Origin: an uncultured Methanosarcinales archaeon
Lineage (GTDB): Archaea > Nanobdellota > Nanobdellia > Woesearchaeales > CAZPJY01
Assembly: GCA_964587045.1 (NCBI GenBank)
Contig: CAZPJY010000001.1
Coordinates: forward strand, 62,001-123,691
Length of the DNA: 61,691 nt
Direction: 5' to 3'
Of this stretch, positions 18,525-27,587 are shown piece by piece. Both the position numbers and the translations under genes were made by a program. Within the stretch, counting starts at the first letter, position 1, and each line of letters opens with the position of its first letter. Below the pieces are notes generated by a model, which was not told the origin of the DNA, ran no database searches, and saw only the letters and a program-made list of their open reading frames with translations.

Positions 18525-20710
18525 GACTTGCGATAATAATCGGACTGTGCATCCTGCTCGCGCCTGTGGCGTTTGGGCAGTACGTTCAGGAGGACCCGAC
18601 TGAAAACGACCTCGCATGCGACACGACGGTGCACTGGGCCTCTGACATCACCGTTCCGGACATCTGGGAAGAGCTGCAGGCGTACGACTCGCCCCTATCA
18701 CAGGCTGATGCGACGTACATATTCACCAAAGGCACGACGATGGGGATCGATCCCGCTTTCCTGATGGCGGTTTTCCGAATGGAGAGTGAGTACGGTACCG
18801 CAGGCATAGCCATGTCTACCCACGGGGTCGGCAACGTACGTCACACCCAATCGTGCGCGTTCGACTACAAGGGATTCTGCGGCTACCACACCTGGCAGGA
18901 TTCGATCGACGCGTGGTACGAGCTAATCGCAGGCCCGGTGTACATGAGCGGAGGGCTGACGACGGTGGAGGCAATCATCCCCAAATACGCGCCTTCGACC
19001 GAAAACGACGTCGAGAGCTACATCAGCTTCATCAGGGATTATTTCTCATACTATAGGGATGACATGCCGCCGCGCTGCTCGGCCGGGGACTCTGTGGGAC
19101 TGTACCAAGCGGTCCCGTCATTCCGCCACGAGCTGGACTACACCCTCGACATATACCAGACCCTCATCGAGGAGAGCCAGGAGCTCATCGAGGAGTGCTC
19201 GTACGAGGATGACTTCAAGGCCTGCGTCGACCGATACCTTGCAGGGTTCAATTCGGGGACTGAAGACTACACTTGGGGCTACTCGTGCGACGAGGGTCCT
19301 GAGCAGGTCTTCAATTACATACTTGAGCAGTACAGGGACTGCCTGAACGCCTTTTCCAACTACTGCGTGTGCGCAATCGACCTCGCCCAGCCTGAAGGGC
19401 GAGGTGTCGGCGGCGAGTACGAGATAAACATAACCCAGGTTGGGGACAAGACCAAGTTCGAGCTGGTCGATGACGGCATCCAAGTCGACATCAAGGAGGT
19501 GGTGAGCTCCTATTTCAGCTTGGCGAACGGCGAGCTGAACGACCCGCGGAACGCGCACAACATGCTGACCCTGTTCACCGAAGGCACCCTAAGGCTGAAC
19601 TACGTCGGCAGCAGCCCGCAGTCCGTGAGCATCAGCGGGTTCGATCTGGTCATCGACGGCACTTCTACCAGCTACGCAGGGCTCGGTACCAACGTTCTCT
19701 ACTTTTTCAGGAACAACAGCGTAATGGGACTCGTGCCGGCGAGCAAGTACTCTGCGCACGAGTGGAAGAACCTGCCCCAGTGCGTGATCAACAAACGCAA
19801 CTACCGCTTCTGCGTGAAGGACGAGGCCCACAGCTTCATGATCTACGACCCGGTAACGGGCGACCGCTCGTTCTCGTCCCCTGACATCAAGTTCGCCCTT
19901 CACATCAGGGACCTCGTGCCGCCTCCGCCGCTGGAAGACCTGGTGCTTATGGACGCGCCGAAGCGCGAGACCGGCTTCGTGGCCTCATGGCAGGAGTCAA
20001 ACGAGACCGACGTCGTGCTCTACTCAGTGTATACTGACGACGGCTCTTTCTCAGACGTCAGGTCGGCCTCGGACTCCTATTCGTTCGACCCGAGGCTAGT
20101 CGAGTGCGACCTGCGCTCCCTTGACCTGACATCGGGCGAGCTGCAGCCGCCGTACGTCTACGAAGCTGTCGACTTGGAAGGCGATGAATTTGAGGTCCAG
20201 CTTGAGATGGAGAAGCCATGCCACGCAGGGGACAGATATTACATGATGGTGCCGGCAGAGGAGGAAGGAACGGTCTACGCAGCTGTCACCGCGACCGACG
20301 ACTCAGGCAACGAGGACCCGTCTGTGCACGCCTTGAGCGTGAGGGTGGAGGACGACTTGGGTCCGTCCGAGGCCACAGGCATCGACTTCTATTCCCAGCC
20401 ATCCAACCCGAATCTCATCAACGTGGTCTGGACCATTCCGACGACGAACGAGGACGGGAGCCAGCTGACTGACCTCGCATCCTTCACGCTGTCGCACATG
20501 GGCGCACCATTCAGCTTCTCGGCAGCGCAGAAGATCGTCGTGCAGAGGATGCAGACATCGCCTCCGACGCCGAGCGAGCCCACCAGTCCCATCCAGGTGA
20601 GCTACATCGTGAGCGCTCCGGGACGGCCCGTGCCTTACTGCGTGCACGTGGCGCCGGCTGACGATGCGGGCAACGAGAACAGCGAGCTGACACAAGTGGT
20701 CTGCAGATAA
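18521..20710 (+). CDS. Secreted protein with glucosaminidase (GH73)/lysozyme-like domain and C-terminal FN3-like domains
   Basis: Sec-type signal MRLAIIIGLCILLAPVAFG; GIDPAFLMAVFRMESEYG (catalytic Glu), Y.TWQDSI, GLTTVEAIIPKYAP; AVTATDDSGNE and VAPADDAGNE FN3-like ends. Confidence 0.75.
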   Translation: MRLAIIIGLCILLAPVAFGQYVQEDPTENDLACDTTVHWASDITVPDIWEELQAYDSPLSQADATYIFTKGTTMGIDPAFLMAVFRMESEYGTAGIAMSTHGVGNVRHTQSCAFDYKGFCGYHTWQDSIDAWYELIAGPVYMSGGLTTVEAIIPKYAPSTENDVESYISFIRDYFSYYRDDMPPRCSAGDSVGLYQAVPSFRHELDYTLDIYQTLIEESQELIEECSYEDDFKACVDRYLAGFNSGTEDYTWGYSCDEGPEQVFNYILEQYRDCLNAFSNYCVCAIDLAQPEGRGVGGEYEINITQVGDKTKFELVDDGIQVDIKEVVSSYFSLANGELNDPRNAHNMLTLFTEGTLRLNYVGSSPQSVSISGFDLVIDGTSTSYAGLGTNVLYFFRNNSVMGLVPASKYSAHEWKNLPQCVINKRNYRFCVKDEAHSFMIYDPVTGDRSFSSPDIKFALHIRDLVPPPPLEDLVLMDAPKRETGFVASWQESNETDVVLYSVYTDDGSFSDVRSASDSYSFDPRLVECDLRSLDLTSGELQPPYVYEAVDLEGDEFEVQLEMEKPCHAGDRYYMMVPAEEEGTVYAAVTATDDSGNEDPSVHALSVRVEDDLGPSEATGIDFYSQPSNPNLINVVWTIPTTNEDGSQLTDLASFTLSHMGAPFSFSAAQKIVVQRMQTSPPTPSEPTSPIQVSYIVSAPGRPVPYCVHVAPADDAGNENSELTQVVCR

Positions 20711-20988
20711 ATATTTATATATGGAAGAATGCCCATTTTCTCAGTATGGAAGCGTGTTATGTATTCACGATAAAGGATGTCGACCGCAATCTCATCGATG
20801 CCTAAAGCTTCACGATACGGAGCAACGGCATGTACATTAATCCAGGCATCTGGCACATTTCTGGAGAACATGAGCATTAGCCTACGGTGGAAATAAGGGG
20901 TTCATTCATCGGGCCGGCTGGAGAAGATGCAGTCTGAAATAAAGGCAGTCAATGAGAGTGCGTCGATCGACGACAAGCTATTGAAGTT

Positions 20989-22371
20989 TTAGCTTTTCTC
21001 CTTCCCCTTGAAGTCCTCGACAGGCTCTATCACATCATCATCGTCGAAGAGTTGCTCTTCCTCGATGTCGTCGATTGAAATCGCCTCTTCAGCAGGCTTC
21101 TTTTCAGGAGCTTCCTTTTTCTGAGGCTTAGCAGGTCTTCCCTTTACATCCTCTTCAATGGGCTCAGGGACGGAAGAGTCCTCCCCTTTCGGAGGTTCTG
21201 GGACCTCTTCGACAACGGATTTCTCCTCTGTGACCGATTCCTCAACCACAGCAACGCTCTCGTCATCGATGTGCTTCGGCACGTCAGACGACGGCTTCCC
21301 GCCCAATCCGCGCTCGATTGTCTTCTCTATGGGGGCTTTCATGCCTGCTGGCTCTACGGCCTCGGTCAGGTCGCTTGCCGTCGGCTGCTTGGACAGGTCC
21401 TTTTCCAGCTCGTCAACCGGGGGGAGGGTAGCTTCAGGCAGGTTCTTTATCTCCTTCTCAGGGTCTGGGTTGGGGTCGACGCTGTTTGCGACGAACTCGA
21501 GCCTGTTGAACATCTCATTCTTGGAGACGCGCCCTTGGATCTTGATTATCTGGCCCAGCAGCTTGAACTTCACGGGCTCGAATGCTTCAGGGTCGGTCTT
21601 GAATCTCATCATCTCATCGTCGGAGATGCCGAGCAGGTCCAGCGCCTGGCGCCCGAAGAAAATGGCCCTGATGTTGTCAGATCCGTCGTCGAGGAACATG
21701 TTCAGTACGTATCCCTGCCCGCCATCTTTGCGGTCGAAGAAGCGGATGTCGAAGGCCTGCACGACCGTGCCTAGGAGTGCCACGTTCTGGTCGCCCTCCG
21801 CCAGGTCTTTGATCTTCTTGACTGCGCCGCTGAACGAGGCTCCAGAAGGTTCGAGGCTGATCTCGGGTATGTTGACATTGGGCGGGTTGAGGGTGATCTT
21901 GGCCCTGTCGTTTACGTGCAGCTCGCTTCGTCCCTGGTTGTCCCTGGTGTAGGCGTCCCTGATGAGCATCGGAACACCGGGCGTGAGCTTGTCCATGAGG
22001 GATGTCTGGTCGTTCCACAGCACGACCCTGATCGATCCCGAGTCGTCTGCGAGCAGGAAGTTGCCGACCTTGCCCTCCCTTCCATCCTTGGTCTGGAATG
22101 AGCGTACCTCATAGACCTGCTTGACCCTGCCGGCGGTCTCAACGCTCCGCAGTCCCGGGAGGAGCTTGTTTATCTTGACTGTGCCGTTGAAGTCCTCGAA
22201 CAGGCTGACGCCAAGGTCGTTTGCCACGATGTGTGCTGCTCCCTCCTTGGAGATGAGTCCGGAGAGGTTCTTGAGCTTCTCCTTTATCTTGCCTTCGACT
22301 TCTGCTTGGGAAAGTCCTGATTTCTCGACAATCTTTGCGATAACGTCCTCGTATGGAATCTTCACAATCAT
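20989..22371 (-). CDS. rpa: Replication protein A (OB-fold ssDNA-binding protein) with acidic tail
   Basis: GLISKEGAAHIVA N-domain; OB folds with DDSGSIRVVLW and DDGSDNIRAIFF; start re-called at ATG 22371 after a GGGGGT RBS. Confidence 0.85.
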   Translation of the reverse strand: MIVKIPYEDVIAKIVEKSGLSQAEVEGKIKEKLKNLSGLISKEGAAHIVANDLGVSLFEDFNGTVKINKLLPGLRSVETAGRVKQVYEVRSFQTKDGREGKVGNFLLADDSGSIRVVLWNDQTSLMDKLTPGVPMLIRDAYTRDNQGRSELHVNDRAKITLNPPNVNIPEISLEPSGASFSGAVKKIKDLAEGDQNVALLGTVVQAFDIRFFDRKDGGQGYVLNMFLDDGSDNIRAIFFGRQALDLLGISDDEMMRFKTDPEAFEPVKFKLLGQIIKIQGRVSKNEMFNRLEFVANSVDPNPDPEKEIKNLPEATLPPVDELEKDLSKQPTASDLTEAVEPAGMKAPIEKTIERGLGGKPSSDVPKHIDDESVAVVEESVTEEKSVVEEVPEPPKGEDSSVPEPIEEDVKGRPAKPQKKEAPEKKPAEEAISIDDIEEEQLFDDDDVIEPVEDFKGKEKS

Positions 22372-22520
22372 GTTGGATACCCCCTTCCCTTGTGGAAACC
22401 CCCTAGGTTTTATAAATATTTTTGCATGGGAGGCGGAAGAGGTAATCAGGCAATCACCAACGAAGACTGCAATCAGATTCTGCATGACATCCGGACGATA
22501 GTCTAAGGTCTTCTGAGGCA

Positions 22521-22790
22521 CTAGAGGCCATAGGATTCGATGAAGGCTCGCATGCTCTCGAACTCGTTGAGGAACTGGTATGCCTTCTCAGTCAGGGCAT
22601 AGGTCTTGTGGTTCTTGTTATCCTGCTGCAAGACCAAACCTTTTTCCACCAGCTCGTTTAAGTATTCGGTTAGCATCTGATGGGACAGGTTGGACCTGTA
22701 CAGGATATGGGTAGGCTTGGTCTCCCCCTTCTCACGCAGGGTTAAAAGGATGTCATGAATTATCTCGAGCCTGTCCCGTTTCCTTTTCAC
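22521..22790 (-). CDS. Winged helix-turn-helix transcriptional regulator
   Basis: KRDRLEIIHDIL...KPTHILYRSNLS...YL..L...GL...YALTEKA, a typical archaeal wHTH. Confidence 0.8.
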   Translation of the reverse strand: MKRKRDRLEIIHDILLTLREKGETKPTHILYRSNLSHQMLTEYLNELVEKGLVLQQDNKNHKTYALTEKAYQFLNEFESMRAFIESYGL

Positions 22791-23449
22791 TTTTTATGCA
22801 CCATGAAGAAGTTTGCAAGGAAGGCAAGATATGCCCCAAGCTCCAGGAAGTGCCCGGCGATGTAGAACGCCTCGTGATGGGCCGTGAAAATGAAGTGGAT
22901 GTTACTCAGCGCCCAGAGGATGAAGCCCGCAGCGACCAGCAGGGTTGTAGCTTTCTTCCTTTTGATATGGTTCCTGACGTAGAAGGCCGATATGAAGACC
23001 AAGAAAATCGAAATCAGCAGGTAGAATATGTTTATAGGCATCGGGTTTGCTAGGATGGCGATAAGTGATGTGATGAGCAGCAGCCATGCGACCTTCCCCT
23101 CATGGCTTGAGAGGGTCGTATATAGGAGGACTATTACCCCTGACGTCATCAGCACAGCGTGGGCAAGGTGGCCGAACATGTTGAACGCCACTATGGAGTT
23201 TACCTTCAGGGCTGTGCAGATGTTTTCATTGAGCTTGAAGATGATGAGGAAATTGATCACGGACTCGATGACGTAGGCCGCGGCGACCATGAAGAAACCG
23301 ACAGCAAACAGCCGGGAGCGTTCTTGCCTGCTTATGATGAAGATCCTGCATGCGTAGATTGCAATGATAACCGCAATTACCGCGAAGATGAGCTCAAAGA
23401 CCACATCGAAACCGAAAGAAGGCGTCATAATGAGCGCTGCATGCGACAT
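22787..23449 (-). CDS. Integral membrane protein (about 7 TM)
   Basis: Multiple hydrophobic helices; 4-nt overlap with the wHTH gene. Confidence 0.7.
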   Translation of the reverse strand: MSHAALIMTPSFGFDVVFELIFAVIAVIIAIYACRIFIISRQERSRLFAVGFFMVAAAYVIESVINFLIIFKLNENICTALKVNSIVAFNMFGHLAHAVLMTSGVIVLLYTTLSSHEGKVAWLLLITSLIAILANPMPINIFYLLISIFLVFISAFYVRNHIKRKKATTLLVAAGFILWALSNIHFIFTAHHEAFYIAGHFLELGAYLAFLANFFMVHKK

Positions 23450-23564
23450 CCCATAGTGCCCGTAGTTCCTGCTTTAAATAATTTATGAAACTGTTTTCAG
23501 AATGATTGTTTAATATAGTATTTATATGAGGCTGCCCGGAGTATGGTGTATAGAGGTGGTCGAT

Positions 23565-23768
23565 ATGGCAACTGAGATGGAAACCGAACTCGCCCTGAAG
23601 GAACTCAGGGTCTCGATGTGGGAGCAGTTCGGGATAGTCCCAAAGAGACGGAATAGTCGGCCTTTTAAGCCAAGCGAGCAGTTATCAAGAGATGATTGCC
23701 TCAGGACGATAGACGGCCCGCGCGGCGAGATGACTGTTAACGTTTGCGACATGATATACACTTTCTGA
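23565..23768 (+). CDS. Small hypothetical protein
   Basis: GAGGTGG RBS before ATG 23565; no recognisable motif. Confidence 0.4.
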   Translation: MATEMETELALKELRVSMWEQFGIVPKRRNSRPFKPSEQLSRDDCLRTIDGPRGEMTVNVCDMIYTF

Positions 23769-23845
23769 CCCACAAACACAATTTTAGGGGGAACCCGCGA
23801 CATTCCCCCTAAACTTTTTTAAATTGGGTTTCATTTCTCTAGGTC

Positions 23846-24448
23846 ATGATAAAGGCGGTTCTGTTCGACATCGGCGGCGTTCTTTATGATGAGAACACCG
23901 ACCAGCACTACACGCGCCTTGCAGAGAGGTTCGACCTTCCGCTGGACGACCTCTTCGCATGCAGGAACAAGTACATAAGCGATGCCGCATGCGGCCGGAT
24001 ATCCGGATCTCAGTACGTAAACCTTATAGCAGAGGGGCTTGGGGTCAAGGACAAGAAGAGATTCAGGGAGGAATGGGTAAGGATAAGGACCGAGGGGATA
24101 GTACTAAATAAGGGTGTTGAGCAAATCGTCGAGAGGCTCAAACGAAGGTACAAGGTAGGAACCCTCACCAACATCATCCACCTTCACAATGAGATCCGGT
24201 TGGGGCTGGACGTGTACAGGCACTTCCCCATAAGGATAATATCATGCGAGGTCGGCTACGAGAAGCCTGACAGGAGGATTTATGAGCTCGCTCTGAAGAG
24301 GCTTAATCTGTCTCCTGAAGAGGTGGTCTTCATCGATGACCTTGTGGAGTACATAAGGCCGGCCCGGGAGATGGGTTTCAAGACCATATTGTTCAAGGAC
24401 GCAAAACAGCTCGAGAGGGAGCTGAAGAGCCTGGGAATCGAGCTTTAG
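23846..24448 (+). CDS. HAD-superfamily phosphatase
   Basis: FDIGGVL motif I, LTN motif II, KPD motif III, FIDD motif IV. Confidence 0.9.
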   Translation: MIKAVLFDIGGVLYDENTDQHYTRLAERFDLPLDDLFACRNKYISDAACGRISGSQYVNLIAEGLGVKDKKRFREEWVRIRTEGIVLNKGVEQIVERLKRRYKVGTLTNIIHLHNEIRLGLDVYRHFPIRIISCEVGYEKPDRRIYELALKRLNLSPEEVVFIDDLVEYIRPAREMGFKTILFKDAKQLERELKSLGIEL

Positions 24449-24457
24449 GAGGCCAAT

Positions 24458-24910
24458 ATGAAGCTGGTGACCCATGTCGCTTTCGCAGCCGCTCTGTCGA
24501 TGCTCGCGACCAAGCTCCTCGCGATACCCCAGCCTGAATTCTTCATCCTGGTTGCCGCCCTGTCAGCGATGCTACCGGACATAGACCAGGCCACATCCAA
24601 GATAGGGAGGAGGTTTAGGCCCCTCTCATACCTGCTGAAGCATCGCGGCGCCGTCCACTCCTTGTGGGCCATGTTCCTTGTGATAGTTGTCATTGGTCTG
24701 GCGGTCGAGCCTCCTCTGTCACTTTGGCTGACCCTCTCTGTGGCATTGGGTTACGGATCCCACCTCCTGCTGGACTCCCTGACACCGGCGGGCATCAACT
24801 ACCTGTGCCTGCACTGCTCGAAGAAGGTAAGCGGCCCGTTCAGGACCGGCTCACTCGCTGACTATACCATCCTGGCCCTGTCCGCTGTCGCCATCATCCT
24901 CATGGTCTAG
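24458..24910 (+). CDS. YdjM-like membrane-bound metal-dependent hydrolase
   Basis: TH, LPDID, HRGAVHS and SHLLLDSLTPAG motifs. Confidence 0.85.
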   Translation: MKLVTHVAFAAALSMLATKLLAIPQPEFFILVAALSAMLPDIDQATSKIGRRFRPLSYLLKHRGAVHSLWAMFLVIVVIGLAVEPPLSLWLTLSVALGYGSHLLLDSLTPAGINYLCLHCSKKVSGPFRTGSLADYTILALSAVAIILMV

Positions 24911-26017
24911 GTATCTGGCGAAATCCTTGAGGAACCTCTTCTTGCTCCTGCACCGCTCAGCTATCCTCTCAAGGTGCATGAGAGGCTCGAGGGCTCCTGG
25001 CAGATCGGGAGGGAAGTGCATGCCTGACCCCTTGCCCAGCTCGAGTATGCCCAGCAGCGTGCCTGATATCCCCTGTTCCGTCTCGAAGATAGGTAGGAAG
25101 CGGCTCTTGAACCCCTCATACGCCTCGCCTGACAGGGGGTTTGCCGCCAGGTAGTTTGCGAGTGAGGCGCATTTTGGGTAGTCACCGTCCGCAACCGCCC
25201 TTATCAGGCTCTTTAGGCCTTCAGCGCTCTGGTCGAGCATGTAAATCCTGCCCAGTTCCAGGGGATAGATCTTCTTGCCATCTAACATGAGGGCGCGTGG
25301 GTCTGTGTTGAAGAACTTGCCGACTGTGAACATGTAGTGGGCAAAAGCCGACAGCAAGTGGCGAAGCGTTGAGTAGTCCGCCTCCTCGATCATGAGCAGC
25401 TCGTCCAGCACGCGTCCTTCGTTGTAATCCATCGCAAGCATGCGGTCGTTGGACCAGTCCTTGTACACCTCCTGGAACCTCAGGGGTGATGTGTGGGGAC
25501 TGCTCGTCCTTAGGGTCTGCCTAATTGGGATCTCGCCTGAGAGCCTGATTCTGCGGTTGGCCTCCTCCTTGACGAGCTCCGCAGCGAACCGCGGGTCCAT
25601 CCTGTCCCTCAAGACGGCTTTCAGGTACCTCTCGTACCCTACGAAGTCCTTTGCGCTGAGGAGGAGGGTGCTGGCGTAGTCTTGGCGTACGACCTTCAGC
25701 GCCATCTCATGGTCTCCCACCCACGCGTGGTGCATCTGCCAGAAGGGTGTCGTGTGGAATGGGTGCTTCTTAATCTTAAGCCCCTTGATCGCCGATTTGC
25801 CTGCCAGCAGCCTCTCGATGTCAGCAGCAGGGATCCTTTTGGGGTATTCTTGGAGCTTGAATAGCTCAAGGCACCGTTCCCTGCCCAATACTTCAGGGTG
25901 GAGGGCAAGGCGTTGGGCCATCACGACACCGAAGAATCCGGACTTTTCGATTTTTTCCGGACTGGGCCTCTTCGAGGTGATTTGCCTCGCGAGCTGGATT
26001 GAATTGGGCAGGTTCAT
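24851..26017 (-). CDS. ABC1/UbiB atypical kinase-like protein, catalytic motifs degenerate
   Basis: AQRLALHPEVL, KLQE, QMHHA...MALKVVRQ and RMLAMDYNEG follow the ABC1 layout, but HADPH and DFG appear as NTDPR and ELG. Confidence 0.6.
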   Translation of the reverse strand: MNLPNSIQLARQITSKRPSPEKIEKSGFFGVVMAQRLALHPEVLGRERCLELFKLQEYPKRIPAADIERLLAGKSAIKGLKIKKHPFHTTPFWQMHHAWVGDHEMALKVVRQDYASTLLLSAKDFVGYERYLKAVLRDRMDPRFAAELVKEEANRRIRLSGEIPIRQTLRTSSPHTSPLRFQEVYKDWSNDRMLAMDYNEGRVLDELLMIEEADYSTLRHLLSAFAHYMFTVGKFFNTDPRALMLDGKKIYPLELGRIYMLDQSAEGLKSLIRAVADGDYPKCASLANYLAANPLSGEAYEGFKSRFLPIFETEQGISGTLLGILELGKGSGMHFPPDLPGALEPLMHLERIAERCRSKKRFLKDFARYLDHEDDGDSGQGQDGIVSE

Positions 26018-26116
26018 ACATATTTGGTTATGGGCTGTAATAATAAAACTATCTATCCACTGGACACTGGACACCATCGTGTGAGCTATTTAAACCGGCT
26101 TCTCAATCTATTCACT

Positions 26117-26220
26117 ATCGCAAGCGCGATGATTCCCACCCCCATGCCCTGGCTGTCACTGGCGAATGCCACGCAGCCAGGCAAATTCCGGGGTTGAAAC
26201 AAAATCCGAAAGGAAGGGAG
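26117..26220 (+). ncRNA. Candidate structured RNA leader
   Basis: Stems ATCGC/GCGAT, CCTGGCTG/CAGCCAGG enclosing TGGC-gaat-GCCA, ACCCC/GGGGT, and TCC-GAAA-GGA; located downstream of TTTAAA at about 26089. Confidence 0.4.
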
Positions 26221-26229
26221 GCGATTGGA

Positions 26230-26469
26230 ATGGAAAACACACCTGAGAAAAAATTCAAGGCAGGAGCTGTATCTGCCACAATCTGGGCCAACAAGGCCGA
26301 GACAGGCTCTTTCTTCACAGTCTCGTTGGAAAGAAACTACAAGGACAAAGAGGGGTCCTGGAAGAGTTCGAAGACGCTTAGGGCGAACGATCTTCCCAAG
26401 GCAGAGCTCGTGCTGAGGAAGGCGTACGAGTACATGATCATGAACGACTCAACGAGAAGTGTCTCGTGA
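26230..26469 (+). CDS. Small conserved hypothetical protein, possible nucleic-acid binder
   Basis: PEKKFKAGAVSATIW...LERNYKDKEGSWK...NDLPKA, a beta-rich basic/aromatic pattern; GGGAGG RBS; directly upstream of radA. Confidence 0.7.
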   Translation: MENTPEKKFKAGAVSATIWANKAETGSFFTVSLERNYKDKEGSWKSSKTLRANDLPKAELVLRKAYEYMIMNDSTRSVS

Positions 26470-26498
26470 GGAAACGTTTTTAAAAACAGGGTGATACC

Positions 26499-27494
26499 AT
26501 GGATGCTGACGTAAAAAAAGCTCAAGGCCTTAAAGGCACCGAGGAGATGGAGATGGAAAAAGACAAGACACCGGAGATTGATGACATACCCGGAGTGGGT
26601 CCGGCGACTGCCGAGAAGCTGCGCTCTGTAGGGTACGATACAATCATGGCCGTCGCGGTGGCGACGCCCGGCGAACTTGTCGACGCTGCTGGAGTATCAG
26701 AGATCGTTGCGCGCAAGATGATCAAGTTCAGCCGTGAATCGTTGAACATGGGCTTCCAATCAGGGACCGACATCCTCGCCAAGCGCGCGAAGGTCATCAA
26801 AATCCCGACCGGAAGCAAGTCTTTCGACCAGCTGCTGGGTGGAGGCTTCGAGACCAACGCGATAGTCGAGTGCTTCGGCGAGTTCGGTTCAGGCAAGACC
26901 CAGCTGGGCCACATCCTTGCGGTCAACTGCCAGAAGAACGACCCGGACGCCTATGCCATATACATCGACACTGAGAACACCTTCAGGCCCGAAAGGATCC
27001 AGCAAATCGCTAAAGGAGCAAAGATCAACCCTGATAAGGCGCTCAGCCACATTAAGGTGGCGCGTGCGTACAATTCGGACCACCAGATGCTCCTCGCTGA
27101 GAAGGTTGAGGAGCTGATAAAGGGAGGGCTGAAGGTCCGGGTGATAATCGTCGATTCCCTGACTGCCCACTTCCGTGCGGAGTTCGTGGGGAGGGGCACG
27201 CTTGCTGAGCGGCAGCAGAAGATTAACAAGCACATGCACATGCTTCTGAAGCTTGCGGACATGTACAATATCCTGGTCTATGTCACCAATCAGGTAATGG
27301 CCAAGCCCGACATGTTTTTCGGCGACCCGACCCAGGCTATTGGGGGGCATATCGTCGCTCACGCGTCGACTTTCAGGATATACCTTAGGAAGGGGAAGAA
27401 GGGCACGAGGGTCGCCAAGCTCATCGACTCGCCGAACCTGCCTGAGGGCGAGGCCAACTTCGTAGTCGAGCTGACAGGCATAAAAGATGCGTAA
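26499..27494 (+). CDS. radA: DNA repair and recombination protein RadA
   Basis: N-terminal HhH ([12 protein letters not shown]), Walker [37 protein letters not shown]. Confidence 0.97.
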   Translation: MDADVKKAQGLKGTEEMEMEKDKTPEIDDIPGVGPATAEKLRSVGYDTIMAVAVATPGELVDAAGVSEIVARKMIKFSRESLNMGFQSGTDILAKRAKVIKIPTGSKSFDQLLGGGFETNAIVECFGEFGSGKTQLGHILAVNCQKNDPDAYAIYIDTENTFRPERIQQIAKGAKINPDKALSHIKVARAYNSDHQMLLAEKVEELIKGGLKVRVIIVDSLTAHFRAEFVGRGTLAERQQKINKHMHMLLKLADMYNILVYVTNQVMAKPDMFFGDPTQAIGGHIVAHASTFRIYLRKGKKGTRVAKLIDSPNLPEGEANFVVELTGIKDA

Positions 27495-27587
27495 TTGACT
27501 TTTTCTCCATAACTTTTTTATATCTTTTTAAACTTCCTAGTGTAAAAGGCTGCGTTAGCGGCTAAATAGCATAAGGTGTGAAAGGAA

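Noticed and set aside
255..20695. Many 60-230 aa antisense and alternate-frame ORFs inside the surface locus
   Set aside because: Shadow ORFs of GC-rich coding sequence, with no motifs and fully nested in better-supported genes.
15367..20710. Prophage lysis cassette explanation for the hydrolases
   Set aside because: No holin, capsid, terminase or tail genes; the enzymes carry pilin-like or Sec signals inside an archaeal-type operon.
20711..20990. Possible gene remnant between the hydrolase gene and rpa
   Set aside because: Only short broken frames with no recognisable motif; cannot support a CDS or pseudogene call.
26192..26200. GTTGAAAC resembling a CRISPR repeat end
   Set aside because: Single occurrence, with no repeat-spacer periodicity and no cas genes in the window.
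26117..26220. c-di-GMP riboswitch, given the GGDEF gene
   Set aside because: I could not match the class I or II consensus by eye; kept only as a generic structured leader.
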